From assembly GCA_030390025.1 (NCBI GenBank), contig CM059432.1:115756001-115820000 (forward strand): DNA of 64,000 nt, given 5' to 3'. The first letter of the stretch is position 1. Each line of letters starts with the position of its first letter. The DNA comes from Squalus acanthias. Taxonomy: Eukaryota. A program made the position numbers and the translations under genes. Below are positions 23,651 to 36,626 of this stretch, in pieces. The notes under the pieces were generated by a model. That model was not told the DNA's origin, searched no databases, and saw nothing but the letters and a program-made list of their open reading frames with translations.

Positions 23651-25949
23651 CAGATATCTATCTAATAGAAATGAGATTAAAGGATGCCCAATAACTATCT
23701 GGAAAGCAATTTCAGTAAATATGCAAGAAATAAATGATCAAGTATTCTACGAGAACACAACAGTTCCTGTGTTGTAGAGACCAAAGGGTTGCACAACACG
23801 TCTGATTTTAGCAGTAGCAAAGTACTCACCTGAGGGGAAATTGTGGTGACCAGCCAGCTCGTGACTGCAGTTATAACATTCTCTTACTTTATACAGTTGT
23901 GTGCCCCTCCTCCATATTAACAATCGCTGCAAGTGTGTGCCACAGCAGACATTATACAGGCTCAACTCAACAATCGAACTGAAATCTGTCACAGCAGACA
24001 GTATTTTGGCAGCCCTACATTGGTTGCTATGGCGATGCTTGCACTTCATTTTCACAAACCAGTTTTCTATTCATTAAATGGGGAATCACGAACTCAATTT
24101 TGTGCGATTTGACAAGTTGGATACAAATGAAAGGGCTGCGATTAATTTTGAGAACAGTCCTAGTCCTATTTGTTTCAACACGTTTTGTTCACTTCTTATT
24201 CAACACTGGGAGAAGAAGCCATGAGAAGAGTCTGTTCTGCCCAATGCAGTTTCGATCATTCCAGATTGTGCCTGTGCGTGACTGTGTGGGTGTACGGCAC
24301 AGACACCTGTAACTCTGTGCTACGGAGTGTAATAGAGCACGGTCAACGAACCACTACAATACTCATGTGACTGCTTTTTAATATATGCACACGAAGCGAT
24401 CCTCCATCCTGTTGCTCACGGGTGGATGCCAAGACCAGAGTCGGAGGATTTGGGGCCCAGCTCCAGGAAACAAACGGAGCGTTTTCAATAACCACGGGCT
24501 GAAGCAGCCAGCTGGAGGTCTGGCACTTGCTGCTCACCGAGGTCACACATGTGCAAAGACTTGAAATAAAGTTTATTTGCTACAGGGAAGAGAGAGGGCA
24601 CTTCCGATTTCCTACGACCAAAGCTCAGCCTTCAGCGAGCGAGCTGCATTGAGTTTGGCTTAAGCATACAATGGCGTCTCGCCAAGGCAAGCCAGTCAGC
24701 TGGACAAGTCTCTCTTTTGAACATTTTCATGGTTAGTGTATAAAATAATTGGTTAACAGAAATATTACGAATAATTTTTCTAAGGGAGACTAATCTTAGC
24801 AGCTCCTTCCCTAGAATATTAAACAGGCAGACTGTCCTATCTTTTTAGAGAGTGGGTTTTTAAAATTGGATGGACCAACAATTATAAAACTGAAGAAAAT
24901 ATTAAATAAATTTGCATAACTCTTCACCAAATATCTCTGCAACAAGACAGACTTACTAACACGTTCTGCTTAAATAAAGATTTAAAGTTAGGATTTTTAT
25001 TCAAACCTGAATAATGGTACAGTCCTTCCAGAATTTTCCACTTCTATTAATCTTTGTTTTCTATTGTCTTTGACTTCACTGTCAAATATGAAAAGAATAC
25101 AGCTGCTCTAACCATTTATAATAGATTACAGATTTGGCAAACATTAAAAATAGCAAAATATCACTTGCCACACATGCACTGAAACACAAAAAAATACTGG
25201 AAGGAAGGAAAGCTGAACAAAGCAAACTCCAGAAAGGAAGAGAACTCAAGTCCCAGGCTCCCGAGAGAGAGTCGTCCCCGGAACGTCAAAACTGGTTAGA
25301 TGGATTTTCAAAAGGGCGTGGATCATTTTATGAATTGTTTAAGCTTTTTTGTGTTTATGTTACAAACTATATTTTTAATACTGACAAAACTAGATGGCAG
25401 CCAAAAGCTTTTTCAAAAATACTTGGGAGTGAATTTATTGGTTCCCTTTCTCCTCCCTGCTTCTTGATTGATAGTTTTCATACTGCCTTGTTTGTTTGTT
25501 TGTTAGCAGGTTCCCTACATGCTCAGCTATCATTTGTTTTCTTGATATATCCGAGCCCCAATCAGGTGCAGGTATCATAGAATCATAGAACACAAAAGGA
25601 GGCCATTCGGCCCATTGTGCCTGTGCTGGCTCTTTGAAAGAGCTATCCAATTAGTCCCATTCCCCTGCTCTTTCCCCACAGCCTGACAAATTTTTTCCCT
25701 TCAAGTATTTATCCAAGTCCCTTTTAAAATATTTTATTGAATCTGCTTGTACCACCCTTTCAGGCAGTGCATTTGCAGATCATAACTCGCTGCGTAAAAA
25801 AATTCTCTCATCTCCCCTCTGGTTCTTTTGCAAATTACCTTCAAACTGTGCTCTGGTTACTGACCCTTTTGTCACTGGAAACAGTTTCTCCTTATTTACT
25901 CCATCAAAACACTTCTTGATTTTGAACACCTCTATTAAACCTCCCTTTG

Positions 25950-28900
25950 GACTTTACTCACCTGCTTTGGACAGCGGTTCGTACCGGCCCCATCCTGTTC
26001 ACATCGGCTTGTCCTTCCATGGGACCTATGACTTTGACCCTGGTCTTCCTACTATTGTCCCCAACCTATTCCCTGCTACCAGGAAATATGTATTCCATTA
26101 ATTATTACATTTAAACAGGCCCATGTAACCTGAGCTTTTCCCGTGTCCATTTGTGTGCGCACTTTGGCTGCCGCTCCGGACCAGAGCCATTCCACTTTTC
26201 CCCCCTATTTTCCTTTCATAAGAACATAAGAAATAGGAGCAGGAGTAGGCCAATCGGCCCCTCGAGCCTGCTCCGCCATTCAATATCATGGCTGATCTGA
26301 TCCTAACCTCAAATTTAAAGAACACAAGAAGTAGGAGCAGGACCCGGCCACTCAGCCCCTGGGCCCGCTCCACCACCCACAGGGCCTTGACCGATCCGAA
26401 CTCAGCCTCATGTCCAATTTCCTGCCCGCTCCCCGTAACTCCTAATTCCCTTTACTTCTAGGAAACTGTCTATTTCTGTTTTAAATTTATTTAATGATGT
26501 AGCTTCCACAGCTTCCTGGGGCAGCAAATTCCACAGACCTACTACCCTGAGTGAAAAAGTTTCTCCTCATCTCAGTTTTGAAAGAGCAGTCCCTTATTCT
26601 AAGATTATGCCCCCTAGTTCTAGTTTCACCCATCCTTGGGAACATCCTTACCGCATTCACCCGATCAAGCCCCTTCACAATCTTATATGTTTCAATAAGA
26701 TCGCCTCTCATTCTTCTGAACTCCAATGAGTCCCAATTTACTCAACCTTTCCTCTCTAGCCCTCCCTGAAAGCACTCTCCCGTCATCATACCTCCTTTCA
26801 TCTCTCCTCTCTGATACACTGCCCTCCCAAATCCCTACCCCAATCCTTCATTACTCTTCGACCTTCCTACTCTCCTGCCGTCGTCCCAGGCTTCACTCCC
26901 TCTTAGATAAGCCCACAGCTTCCCTCTGTGCCTCTCTTGGCATCCAACGAAGGGCCCATCGAGGCACTCGTCGCTGCCGCCTTACGAGCAGCAACCCCAA
27001 CTATCCCATCCTACTCTCTCGCTGACCATCCCGCCTAGCGCGTCCACTGGGGGCAAATCTTGCCAATTTCCTCCCCATCCCCCCCAGCGCTGACCCTGTG
27101 GATGCTGGCAGTGGGGCAGCCATCACCGACCCTCTCCGCATCTCCCTCCAGAATGTCCGTTCACTTGCGAACAAGGCTCTTGCCATCAATGAGCTTATCG
27201 TGGATGACTGCATCGATATCATGGCCCGGACGGAAACTTGGTTGAGGGGTGATGACACCTTACTCCAAATGAAGCCTCCCCGCCTGGCTATACCTTCCAC
27301 CACTTGCCCCGCTCAGACCGCCATGGTGGCGGTGTGGCTCTCATCACCAAATCGCACCTTGGTCTGTCCCCCTACTCCTCCGGCAGTTTCTCCTCCTTTG
27401 AGCATCTCACCTTATTCCACCCCTCTCACTTAAAATTCTAGTTCTCTAACGCCCACCCAAGTACCATAAAAATTTTATTACCAAGATATCTTCACTGTTC
27501 TCCTCCCTCAGCCTCTGCACCAAACAACTTCTCATCCTCGGTGATTTCAACCTCCATCTCAATTCATCATGCTCTCTCTCCTCAGTTCTCTAGCCTCCTA
27601 TCCTCCCTTAATCTCTCCCTCCATGTAAACTCCCAAACCCATATTCACGGCCACCCCCTCGACCTTGCCATCTCTCGTGGCCTCGCTACTCCCATCGTCT
27701 CAATCGCAGATAAGGCCATCTCTGACCACTTCCTCGTATCGCTCTCCACCCACATCCCCATTCCACCCCCTCCCCCCCAACCCTACTTTCTTCTGTGTCC
27801 ACCCATCGAAAAAACTCTCTCCCAACTGCACTTATGAAATCTCAACTGTCCAGCCTTAGGCCGTCCATTCACCACGACATTTCTGCAGCTACCGATCTGC
27901 TCAACCACACCCTCACAACTATCTTTGATGCCCTAGTCCCTACTAAAACAATTACCCTCTCTCACCCTGGCAATTCCCCCTGGTACAGCTCTCATCTTTG
28001 CTCCCTTAAGTCCAAGGGACGCAGACTCGAACGGATATGGCGGACAACTGGTTTAGCCATTCACCGCCAGATCTGGCTGGACCACAAAGTACTATCGGGC
28101 CCTGCTCTCGTCTGCCAAAATTGCTCACTATTCCAGAATCATTCCGGAATGCAAAGATAAACCCCGACTTCTATTCTCTACTGCTAACCGTCTTCTTAAA
28201 CCCCTCTCCCCTGTCTCCTCCACCCTCACCTCCGATAACAAATGTGAGGAGCTCATGGACTTCTTTGTCTCCGAGATCGAGACCATCCGTTCAGCTGCCT
28301 CTGCCACTTCCCTTCCTTCCCCTAGCCCACGGAGCTAAACTTCCTCTAAGGTTCCCCCCTGCCCTAGGCCTGAACTCACATCTTTCTCCAGTTTCTCTTC
28401 GATCTCCCCTCATGACCTCTGCACTCATCTTGTCTATGAGACCCACCTCCTGCTCCCTCAATCCTATTCCCACCAAACTGCTGGCCACCCAACTTCCTTT
28501 TCTGGCTCCCATGTTAGCGGATATTGTTAACGGTTCTCTCTCCTCAGGTACTGTCCCTCTCTCCCTCAAATCTGCTGTCATCACCCCTCCTCAAAAAAAA
28601 ACCTTGAGCCCTCCGTCCTTGCAAACAACCGCCTCATCTCCAACCTCCCTTTCCTCTCCAAAGTCCTTGAACGTGTTGTTGTCTCCTAAATCCGTGCCCA
28701 TCTTCCCCGCAATTCCATGTTTGAATCCCTCCAATCAGGTTTCCGCTCTTGCCACAGTACTGAAACAGCTCTCATCAAAGTCACAAATGACATCTTTGTG
28801 ACTGCGACAAAGGTAAACAATCCCTCCTCGTCCTTCTTGACTCGTCTGCAGCCTTTGACACGGTTGACAACTCCATCCTTCAACGCCTCTCCACCGTCGT

Positions 28901-30080
28901 CCTGCTGGGTGGGACTGCACGCGCCTGGTTCCATTCTTATCTATCTAATCGTAACCAGAGAATCACCTGCAACGGCTTCCCTTCCCGCTCCCGCATCGTT
29001 ACTTCTGGTGTCTCCCAAGGATCTATCCTTGACCCCCTATTTCTCATCTACATGTTGCCCCTTGGCGACATCATCTGAAAACACAGCGTCAGTTTCCACA
29101 TGTACGCTGACGACACCCAGCTCTACCTCACTACTTCTTCTCTCAACCCCTCCACGGTGTCTAAATTGTCAGATTGCTTGTCAGACATACAGTTCTGCAT
29201 GAGCAAAAATTTTCTCCAATTAAATATTGGGAAAACCGAAGCCATTGTTTTCGGTCCCCGCCACAAGCTCCATTCCCTAGCCACTGACTCTATCCCTCTC
29301 CTTAACATCTGTCTGAGGCTGAACCACACTGTTCTCAACCTTGATATCATATTTGACCCCGGAATGAGCTTCTGACCACATATCCGCAGCATAACAAAGA
29401 CCGCTTACTTCCACCTCCGTAACATTGCCCGTCTCCGCCCTTGCTTCAGCTCATCCGCTGCTGAAACCCTCATCAATGCCTTTGTTACCTCTAGACCTGA
29501 CTATTCCAACGCACTCCTGTCTGACCTCCCACATTCTACCCTACGTAAACTTGAGGCCATCCAAAACTCGGCTGCCCGTGTCCTAACTCGCACTAAGTCC
29601 CGTTCGCCCATCTCCCCTGTGCTCGCTGACCTACATTGGCTCCCGGTTAAGCAGCGCCTCGATTTCAAAATTCTCATCCTTGTTTTCAAATCCCTCCATG
29701 GCCTCGCCCCTTCCTATCGCTGTAATCTCCTTCAGCCCCACAACCACCCCCCGCCCACTCCAGAGATATCTGCGCTCCTCTAATTCTGCTCTCTTGAGGA
29801 TCCTTGATTATAAATCGCTCAACCTTTGGTGACAGTGCCTTCTGTTGCCTAGGCCCTAAGCTCTGGAATTCCCTCCCTAAACCTGTCCGCCTCGCTACCT
29901 CTCTTTCCTCCTTTAAGATGCTCCTTAAAACCTACCTCTTTGACCAAGCTTTTGGTCACCTGCCCTAATTTATCCTTATGTGGATCGATATCAAATATTT
30001 TGTCTTAAAATACTCCTGTGCAGCGCCTTGGGATGTTTTACTACGTTAAAGGCGCTATATAAATACAAGTTGTTGTTGTT
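25950..30080 (+). mobile_element. Near-full-length L2 LINE (endonuclease and RT, frameshifted)
   Basis: LQNVRSLANK..DIMARTETWL, HGHPLDLAISRG..SDHFLV, QSGFRSCHSTETALIKV, YADDTQLY; tail TTGTTGTTGTT; 5' limit uncertain. Confidence 0.88.
26218..26750 (-). mobile_element. CR1 3' fragment nested in the L2
   Basis: EFRRMRGDLIETYKIVKGLDRV; (ATAAGAAC) tail repeats. Confidence 0.88.
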
Positions 30081-32254
30081 TTTTTAACCTTCTCTGCTCC
30101 AAGGAGAACAACCCCAGCTTCTCCACGTAACTGAAGTCCCGCATCCCTGGTACCATTCTAGTAAGTCTCCTCTGCACCCTCTCTAAGTCCTTGACATCCT
30201 TCCTAAAAAGTGTGGTGCATAGAAATGGACACAAAACTCTAGCTGGGACCTAACCAGTGATTTATAAAGGTTTAGCATAACTTTCTTGCTTTTGTACTCT
30301 CTGCCCCTATTAATAAAGCCATGGATCCTGTATGTTTTTTCAACTTGTCCTGCCGCCTTCAAAAGACTGGTGTGCGCGCTCTCCCAGGCCTCTCTGTTCC
30401 TGCACCCCATTTAAAATTGTATCATTTAGTTTATATTGCCTCTCCTCATTCTCCCGACCAAAATGCATCTCTGCGTTGTATTGCATCTGCCATGCTTCTG
30501 GCCATTTCACCAGTTCCACTATGTCCTGTGTATGCCCTGTATACCAAAGTCTAGGTCATTAATATATATCAAAAAGGGCAGTGGTCCAAATACCGACCCC
30601 TGGTGAACACCACTGTGTACTTCCCTCCAGTCTGAAAAACAACCGTTCACCACTATTCGCTGCTATTTGTCTCAGCCAATGACGTAGCTATGCTGCCCCC
30701 ATGGGCTTCAATTTTGCTAACAACTCTATTATGTGGTACTTTATCAAACGCCTTTTGAAAGTCCATTTACACAACATCAATTAATCCATATTTTTCCAAA
30801 TGATAATTAATTTTGTCCAGGATTATGGTCTCAAAGTTTCCCAACCACTGACCTTAGGCTGACAAGCCTGTAGTTGTCAGATTTATTCCTTTCCACTTTT
30901 TTGAACAGAGATGTAACATTTGCAAACCTCCAGTCCTTTGGTACTGCTCCCCTATCCAAGGAGGCTTGGAAGATTGTGGCCAGAGCCTCCAGTATCACCA
31001 CCCATACTTCCCTCAGCAACCTAGGATGCATCCTATTGGACTAGGTGACTGATCAGCTTTTACATAGGATTACATAGGAGATACGGCACAGAAACAGGCC
31101 ATTCGGCCCAACCAGTCCATGCTGGCGTTTATGCTCCACTCGAGCCTCCTCCCGTCTTTCCTCATCTAAATCTATCAGCATAACCCTCCATTCTCTTCTC
31201 CCTCATATGCTTGTCCAGCCTCCCCTTAAATGCATCTATACTATCCGCTTTAACCACTCCCTGTGGTAGCAAGTTTCACATTCTCACCCCTCTTTGGGTA
31301 AAGAAGTTTCTTCTGAATTTCCTATTGGATTTCTTGGTGACTATCTTATATTGATGGCCTCTAGTTATGCTCTTCCCCACAAGTGGAAACACTCTCTCCG
31401 TATCCACACTATCAAAATTTTTCATAATTTTAAAGACCTCTATTAGGTCACCCCTCAGCCTTCTTTTTCAAGAGAAAAGAGACCCAGCCTGTTCTTCATT
31501 TCCTGATATGTATACCCTCGCATTTCTGGTATCATCCTTGTAAATCTTCTCTGCACCCTCTCTAGTGCCTCTATATCCTTTTTATAATATGGCGACCAGA
31601 ACTGTAAGCAGTGCTCTAAGTGTGATCTAATCAAAGTTCGATACAGCTTTAGCATAACTTCCCTACTTTTCAATTCGATACCTCTAGAAATAAACCCTAG
31701 TGCTTGGTTTGCTTTTTTATAGCCTTGCTAGCCTGTGTCATAACTTAGTGATTTGTGTATTTGTACTCAGAGATCCCTTTGTTCCTCTACTCCACCTAGA
31801 CTTGCACCTTCCAAGTAATAAGTGACCTCCCTATTCTTCCTCCCAAAATGTAATACCTCACATTTATCTGTGTTGAAATTCATTTGCCAACTATATGCCC
31901 ATTCTGCAAGTTTATTAATGTCCTCCTGTAATTTGTTGCCATCCTCCTCAGTATTGACTATCCCCCACAATTTGGTCTCATCTGCAAATTTAGAAATTAT
32001 GTTTGATTCCAAAGTCTAAATCGTTAATGTAAATTGTGAACAGCAGTGGTCCCAGCACTGATCCTTGTGGAACACCACTACCCACCTTCTGCCACTGTGA
32101 ATAGATACCCTTTACTCATGCTCTCTGCTTTCTGTCCTGAAGCCAGCCAGCAATCCATTCTGCTACTTGTCCCCTGACTCTGCATTCTTGTTCATCAGTC
32201 TATTATGGGGTACCTTATCGAAGGCCTTTTAAAAATCCAGATAAATTACATCTA

Positions 32255-34226
32255 CATAGATACATAGAAGATAGGAGCAGGAGTAGGCCATCCGGCCCTT
32301 CGAGCCTGCTCCGCCATTTAATGAGATCATGGCTGATCCTCCAATTCAGTATCCCGTCCCCGCCTTCTCTCCGTAACCCTTAACCCCTTTTGCCTGTAGA
32401 AATATATCTAATTCCCTCTTAAATATATTTAATGAGCTGGCGTACACTGCCCTCTGTGGCAATGAGTTCCACAGGTTCACCACCCTCTGAGTGAAGAAAT
32501 TCCCCCTCATTTCTGTCCTAAATGGTTTAGCCCTTATCCTTAAATTATGTCCTCTAGTTCTGTTCTCACCCGCCAAGGGAAACATTCCTTCTGCATCTAG
32601 TCTGTCTAGACCTGTCAGAATTTTATACACTTCTATGAGGTCCCCTCTCAATCTTCTAAACTCCAGTGTGTACATCCCTAAACTACATAGTCTCTCCTCA
32701 TAGGTCAATCCCGCCATTCCTGGTATCAGCCTGGTGAATCGCCGCTGCACCCCCTCCATGGCAAGAACATCTTTCCTCAGATGAGGCGACCAAAACTGTA
32801 CACAGTACTCGAGGTGTGGTCTCACCAGTGCCCTGTACAGCTGCAGCAAGGTATCCCTGTTCCTGTATTCCAACCCTTTTGCTATGAAGGCCAGCATACC
32901 GTTTGCCTTCTTGACCGCCTGTTGCACCTGCATGCTCGCCTTCAGTGACTGGTGTACAAGAACACCCAGGTCTCTCTGTACTTCCCCCTCTCCCAATTTA
33001 TTGCCATTTAAATAATAATTTGCCCTCCCGTTCCTGCACCCAAGGTGGATAACTTCGCACTTGTCCACATTATAGTGCATCTGCCATTTATCCGCCCAAT
33101 CACCCAGTCTGTCCAAATCGCTCTGGAGCTTCCTGGTCTCCTCCTCTGAGCCCACCCCCCCTCCTAGTTTAGTGTCGTCTGCAAATTTGGAAATGCTGCA
33201 TCCGACTCCCTGATCCAGGTCATTAATGTAAATTGTGAACAGCTGGGGACCCAGGACAGATCCCTGTGGTACCCCACTTGTTACTGCCTGCCATTCAGAA
33301 AATGAGCCGTTTATTCCAACTCTCTGTTTTCTATCTGACAGCCAGTTCTCTATCCACGTCAATACTTTCCCCTTTATCCCACGAGCTTCAATTTTCCATG
33401 CTAATCTTTTATGTGGGACCTTGTCGAAGGCCTTTTGGAAGTCCAGGTACACCACATCTACTGGCTCTCCCCCATCTATTTTACCAGTTACTCCCTCAAA
33501 AAATTCCAATAGATTAGTCAAGCACGATTTACCCTTTGTAAATCCAGGTTGACTCTGTCCTATCCTGTCCCCATTTGCTAAGTGCTCCGCTATTTCATCC
33601 TTAATGATGGACTCCAGCATTTTGCCCACAACTGATGTAAGGCTTACAGGTCTGTAATTACCTGCTTTTTCCCTACCCCCCTTTTTGAATAGTGGGGTAA
33701 CGTTAGCTACCCTCCAATCCATGGGCACTGTTCCCGAGTCTAATGAATTCTGAAAAATCATACTTAGTGCATCCGCTATCTCTAGGGCCACCTCCTTCAG
33801 TACCCTAGGATGCATGTTATCAGGCCCTGGGGATTTGTCCGCCTTCAATCCCTTTAGCTTCCTTAACACCATATCCTTAGAGATATTGATTTGCGTCAGT
33901 TCCTCCTTTGCCAATGTCCCTATTTTTCCCGATATCCCAGGGAGGTTTTTTGTGTCTTCCTTCGTAAAGACTGACCCAAAGTATGCATTTAGTTGGTCTG
34001 CCATTTCCTTATTTCCCGTTATATATTCCCCCGTATCTGACTGCAATGGACCAACTTTGGTTTTCACCAGTCTTTTCCTCTTGATATACTTATAAAAGCT
34101 TTTGGAGTTAGTTTTTATATTTTCCGCCAGCTTGCTTTCGTAAGCTATTTTGCCCCTCTTGATTAAGCCCTTTGTCCTCCTTTGCTCTATCTTAAACTGC
34201 TCCCAATCTTCCGCTCTGGCGCTTTG
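32255..34226 (-). mobile_element. Young 5'-truncated CR1 LINE
   Basis: Own 3' tail at 32255-32340; uninterrupted ORF; host CR1 resumes at about 34227. Confidence 0.9.
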
Positions 34227-34235
34227 CATTACCAT
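32346..34235 (-). CDS. CR1 ORF2 C-terminal part with intact reverse transcriptase domain (no endonuclease; the ORF start lies in host CR1 sequence)
   Basis: 629-aa open frame: [51 protein letters not shown]. Confidence 0.85.
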   Translation of the reverse strand: MVMQSARAEDWEQFKIEQRRTKGLIKRGKIAYESKLAENIKTNSKSFYKYIKRKRLVKTKVGPLQSDTGEYITGNKEMADQLNAYFGSVFTKEDTKNLPGISGKIGTLAKEELTQINISKDMVLRKLKGLKADKSPGPDNMHPRVLKEVALEIADALSMIFQNSLDSGTVPMDWRVANVTPLFKKGGREKAGNYRPVSLTSVVGKMLESIIKDEIAEHLANGDRIGQSQPGFTKGKSCLTNLLEFFEGVTGKIDGGEPVDVVYLDFQKAFDKVPHKRLAWKIEARGIKGKVLTWIENWLSDRKQRVGINGSFSEWQAVTSGVPQGSVLGPQLFTIYINDLDQGVGCSISKFADDTKLGGGVGSEEETRKLQSDLDRLGDWADKWQMHYNVDKCEVIHLGCRNGRANYYLNGNKLGEGEVQRDLGVLVHQSLKASMQVQQAVKKANGMLAFIAKGLEYRNRDTLLQLYRALVRPHLEYCVQFWSPHLRKDVLAMEGVQRRFTRLIPGMAGLTYEERLCSLGMYTLEFRRLRGDLIEVYKILTGLDRLDAEGMFPLAGENRTRGHNLRIRAKPFRTEMRGNFFTQRVVNLWNSLPQRAVYASSLNIFKRELDIFLQAKGVKGYGEKAGTGY

Positions 34236-35369
34236 TGTCTACTCTCTCTGTTACCTCTTCAAAAAATTCAATAAGGTTGGTCAAGCAAGACTTTCCCTTT
34301 TGAAATCCATGCTGACTATTCATTATTATATTTTTGGTTTCTAGATGTTCTTCTATTTTCTCCTTTAGCAGGGATTCCATTATTTTTCCTATCACTGATG
34401 TTAAGCTGACTGGTCTATAGTTCCCTGGACATGTTCTATCCCCCTTCTTAAATATCGGTATTACGTTAGCTATCCGCCAGTCCTCTGGCACTACACCTTT
34501 TTCTAACGAATTATTAAATATATGTAGTAATGCCTCTGCTATCTCTTCCCTAGATTCTTTTAAAATGCATAGATGCAATCCATCCGGACCAGGGGTTTTA
34601 TCCTCTTTGAGTTTGATTAGTTTATTTAATATATCCTCTTTTTTATTTTAAATGTACTTATTACTAATCTCATCATCCAATGTCATGTCCACCTGTTCTA
34701 TCTCCCTGGTAAATACTGAAGCAAAATAGTTATTTAATATTTCTGCTATCTATCGTTACCTGTGCTATTATCTTGTCTATCCCTTAAGGCCTTATTCCCA
34801 TCCTAATCTTCCTTTTTTTATTGATGTGCCTATAAAATATTTTACTATTTTGTTTTATGTTCCTTGATAATTTAATTTCATAGTTCCTCTTTGCCTTCCT
34901 AATTGGTTTTTTTGACTTCTCGCCTAATCTTTTCGTATTCTCCCTCATCATGCACTCCCCTGCTGTCCATGTACTTAATGTATGCCTCTTTCCTTACCCT
35001 CAATTGTTCCCTTATGGCTTTATTCATCCATGGAGTCTCATTATTGTTTAATTTGTTCTTTACTTTTAGCGGAATATATTTTTCATACTCTGTTGAACAC
35101 CGTTTTAAATGTTTCCCATTGCTGTTCTACATCGTTGTTTGCCAATATTGTTACTGATTTCCCCCTGCCCCCCCGAACAAGTTCTATTCTCAGACTCTCA
35201 AAATCAGCTTTTCTCCAATTTATTAACCTGATTTTTGTCATACCTATGTCCTTCTCAATTATCATCTTAAAGCGTATTATATTATGGTCACTATTGCCTA
35301 AATGTTCCCCTACTTTTACTTCTCTTATCTGCTCTGGTTCATTCCCATCACTAGATCCAATAGCGAATC

Positions 35370-35860
35370 CTTTTTTATGGCCTTGCTAACCGGTGTTGCA
35401 ACTTTTAGCGATTTGTGTATTTGTACTCCGAGATCCCTTTGTTCCTCTACCCCACCTAGACTTTCACCCTCCAAGTGATAATTGACCTCCCGATTCTTCC
35501 TACCAAAATGTAATACCTCACATTTATCTGTGTTGAATTTCATTTGCCACCACCTTTCCTTTGACTACCCTTTTACTATTTATGTGTTTATAAAAGACTT
35601 TTGGGTTCCCTGCTAATCTATTCTCATACTTCCTTTGCCCATCCTATTTCCTTTTTCAGTGTTCCTCTGTAGCTTTTGTATTCAGCTTGGTTCTCTACTG
35701 TATTATAAGCCTGACATTTATCATAAACCTCCTTTTTCATTTTAATCTTTATATCTTTAGTCATCCAAGGAGTTCTATCTTTGGATGCCCTTCCATTCCC
35801 CCTCATGCAAATGTGTCTAGTCTGTACCCAAACATCTCCTCTTTGAAGGCCTCCCATTGC
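35370..35860 (-). mobile_element. CR1 fragments
   Basis: KFNTDKCEVLHFGRKN; PWMTKDIKIKMKK. Confidence 0.75.
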
Positions 35861-36626
35861 TCAAAGGTATGACATACACTTGGCACGTGTAGCAGATAAA
35901 TGTTACGCGATGAACAGTTCTAATAAATGCACACCATTGGGGGCAGAATGAAGCAGAGGTCAGGTGCAGGCTCGCATCCAAAGCCAGGTCCACACTGCAG
36001 GGAACAGAACAGAGGTATCTCAAGAAAGTGGAGCAAAAGACAGCGAGAGAGTAGGGAGAGCAGGCGCTGAGGCCAGGAGAGAACAGGGAGGCTGGGAGCA
36101 CTTGGAGTGACAAGAAGCAAGGGAAACTGCTGACTCTAGATCGCTGATGTGGAGGTGGGAGCAGGTCCCAGAGTTTGGAAGGACTTGGGTTAGGCGAAGC
36201 ATCTGGGAGCAATCTGCTGACAAGTCATTTCCCTTGTGCAAGTGCAAAAGGCAGCTCGCCAAGACAAAGGAAGAATGAAGTCTCTGTGCTCAAACACTTC
36301 CTTGCATAAATTGAGCCTCAGTTCCACAGGCTTTATTCCATTTTTGGTCAGTATTTTTTCCAGCTAATATGTGACTCCAGCTGCCACAATTCACTGTGTT
36401 GCTGATGCACAATAAGATTGACGCTGTAAGATTAACAACTGTCATTATCAAAATGACCACTGGTAAATCATCAGGAAATTCTGAGTTTAGTATACAACTG
36501 TAAAATGTTGTGTACAGTTAGTGATATTAGAGACCAGGCAGCACTGCCCTTCATATCTGGAGAAAGGAAATTAAAGAATTAATACACAATTTACAACAAA
36601 TATACATTCCTTTAAAGGCACAAAAA

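Larger units (their letters stand above)
25575..31060 (-). mobile_element. CR1 LINE host copy, split by a nested L2
   Basis: 3' end at 25575-25948 resumes at about 30085 (LYKSLVRSQLEFCVHF; NYRLVSLRSVVGKL). Confidence 0.8.
31061..35370 (-). mobile_element. CR1 LINE (ORF2 remnants) hosting a younger CR1
   Basis: ORFs 31455-31673, 31767-32012, 34192-34578 and 35083-35265 are all CR1 ORF2-like. Confidence 0.85.

Noticed and set aside
23605..23700. Short tandem duplications (TATCTAATAGAAATG; also near 16545 and 20366)
   Set aside because: Ordinary slippage duplications with no further structure
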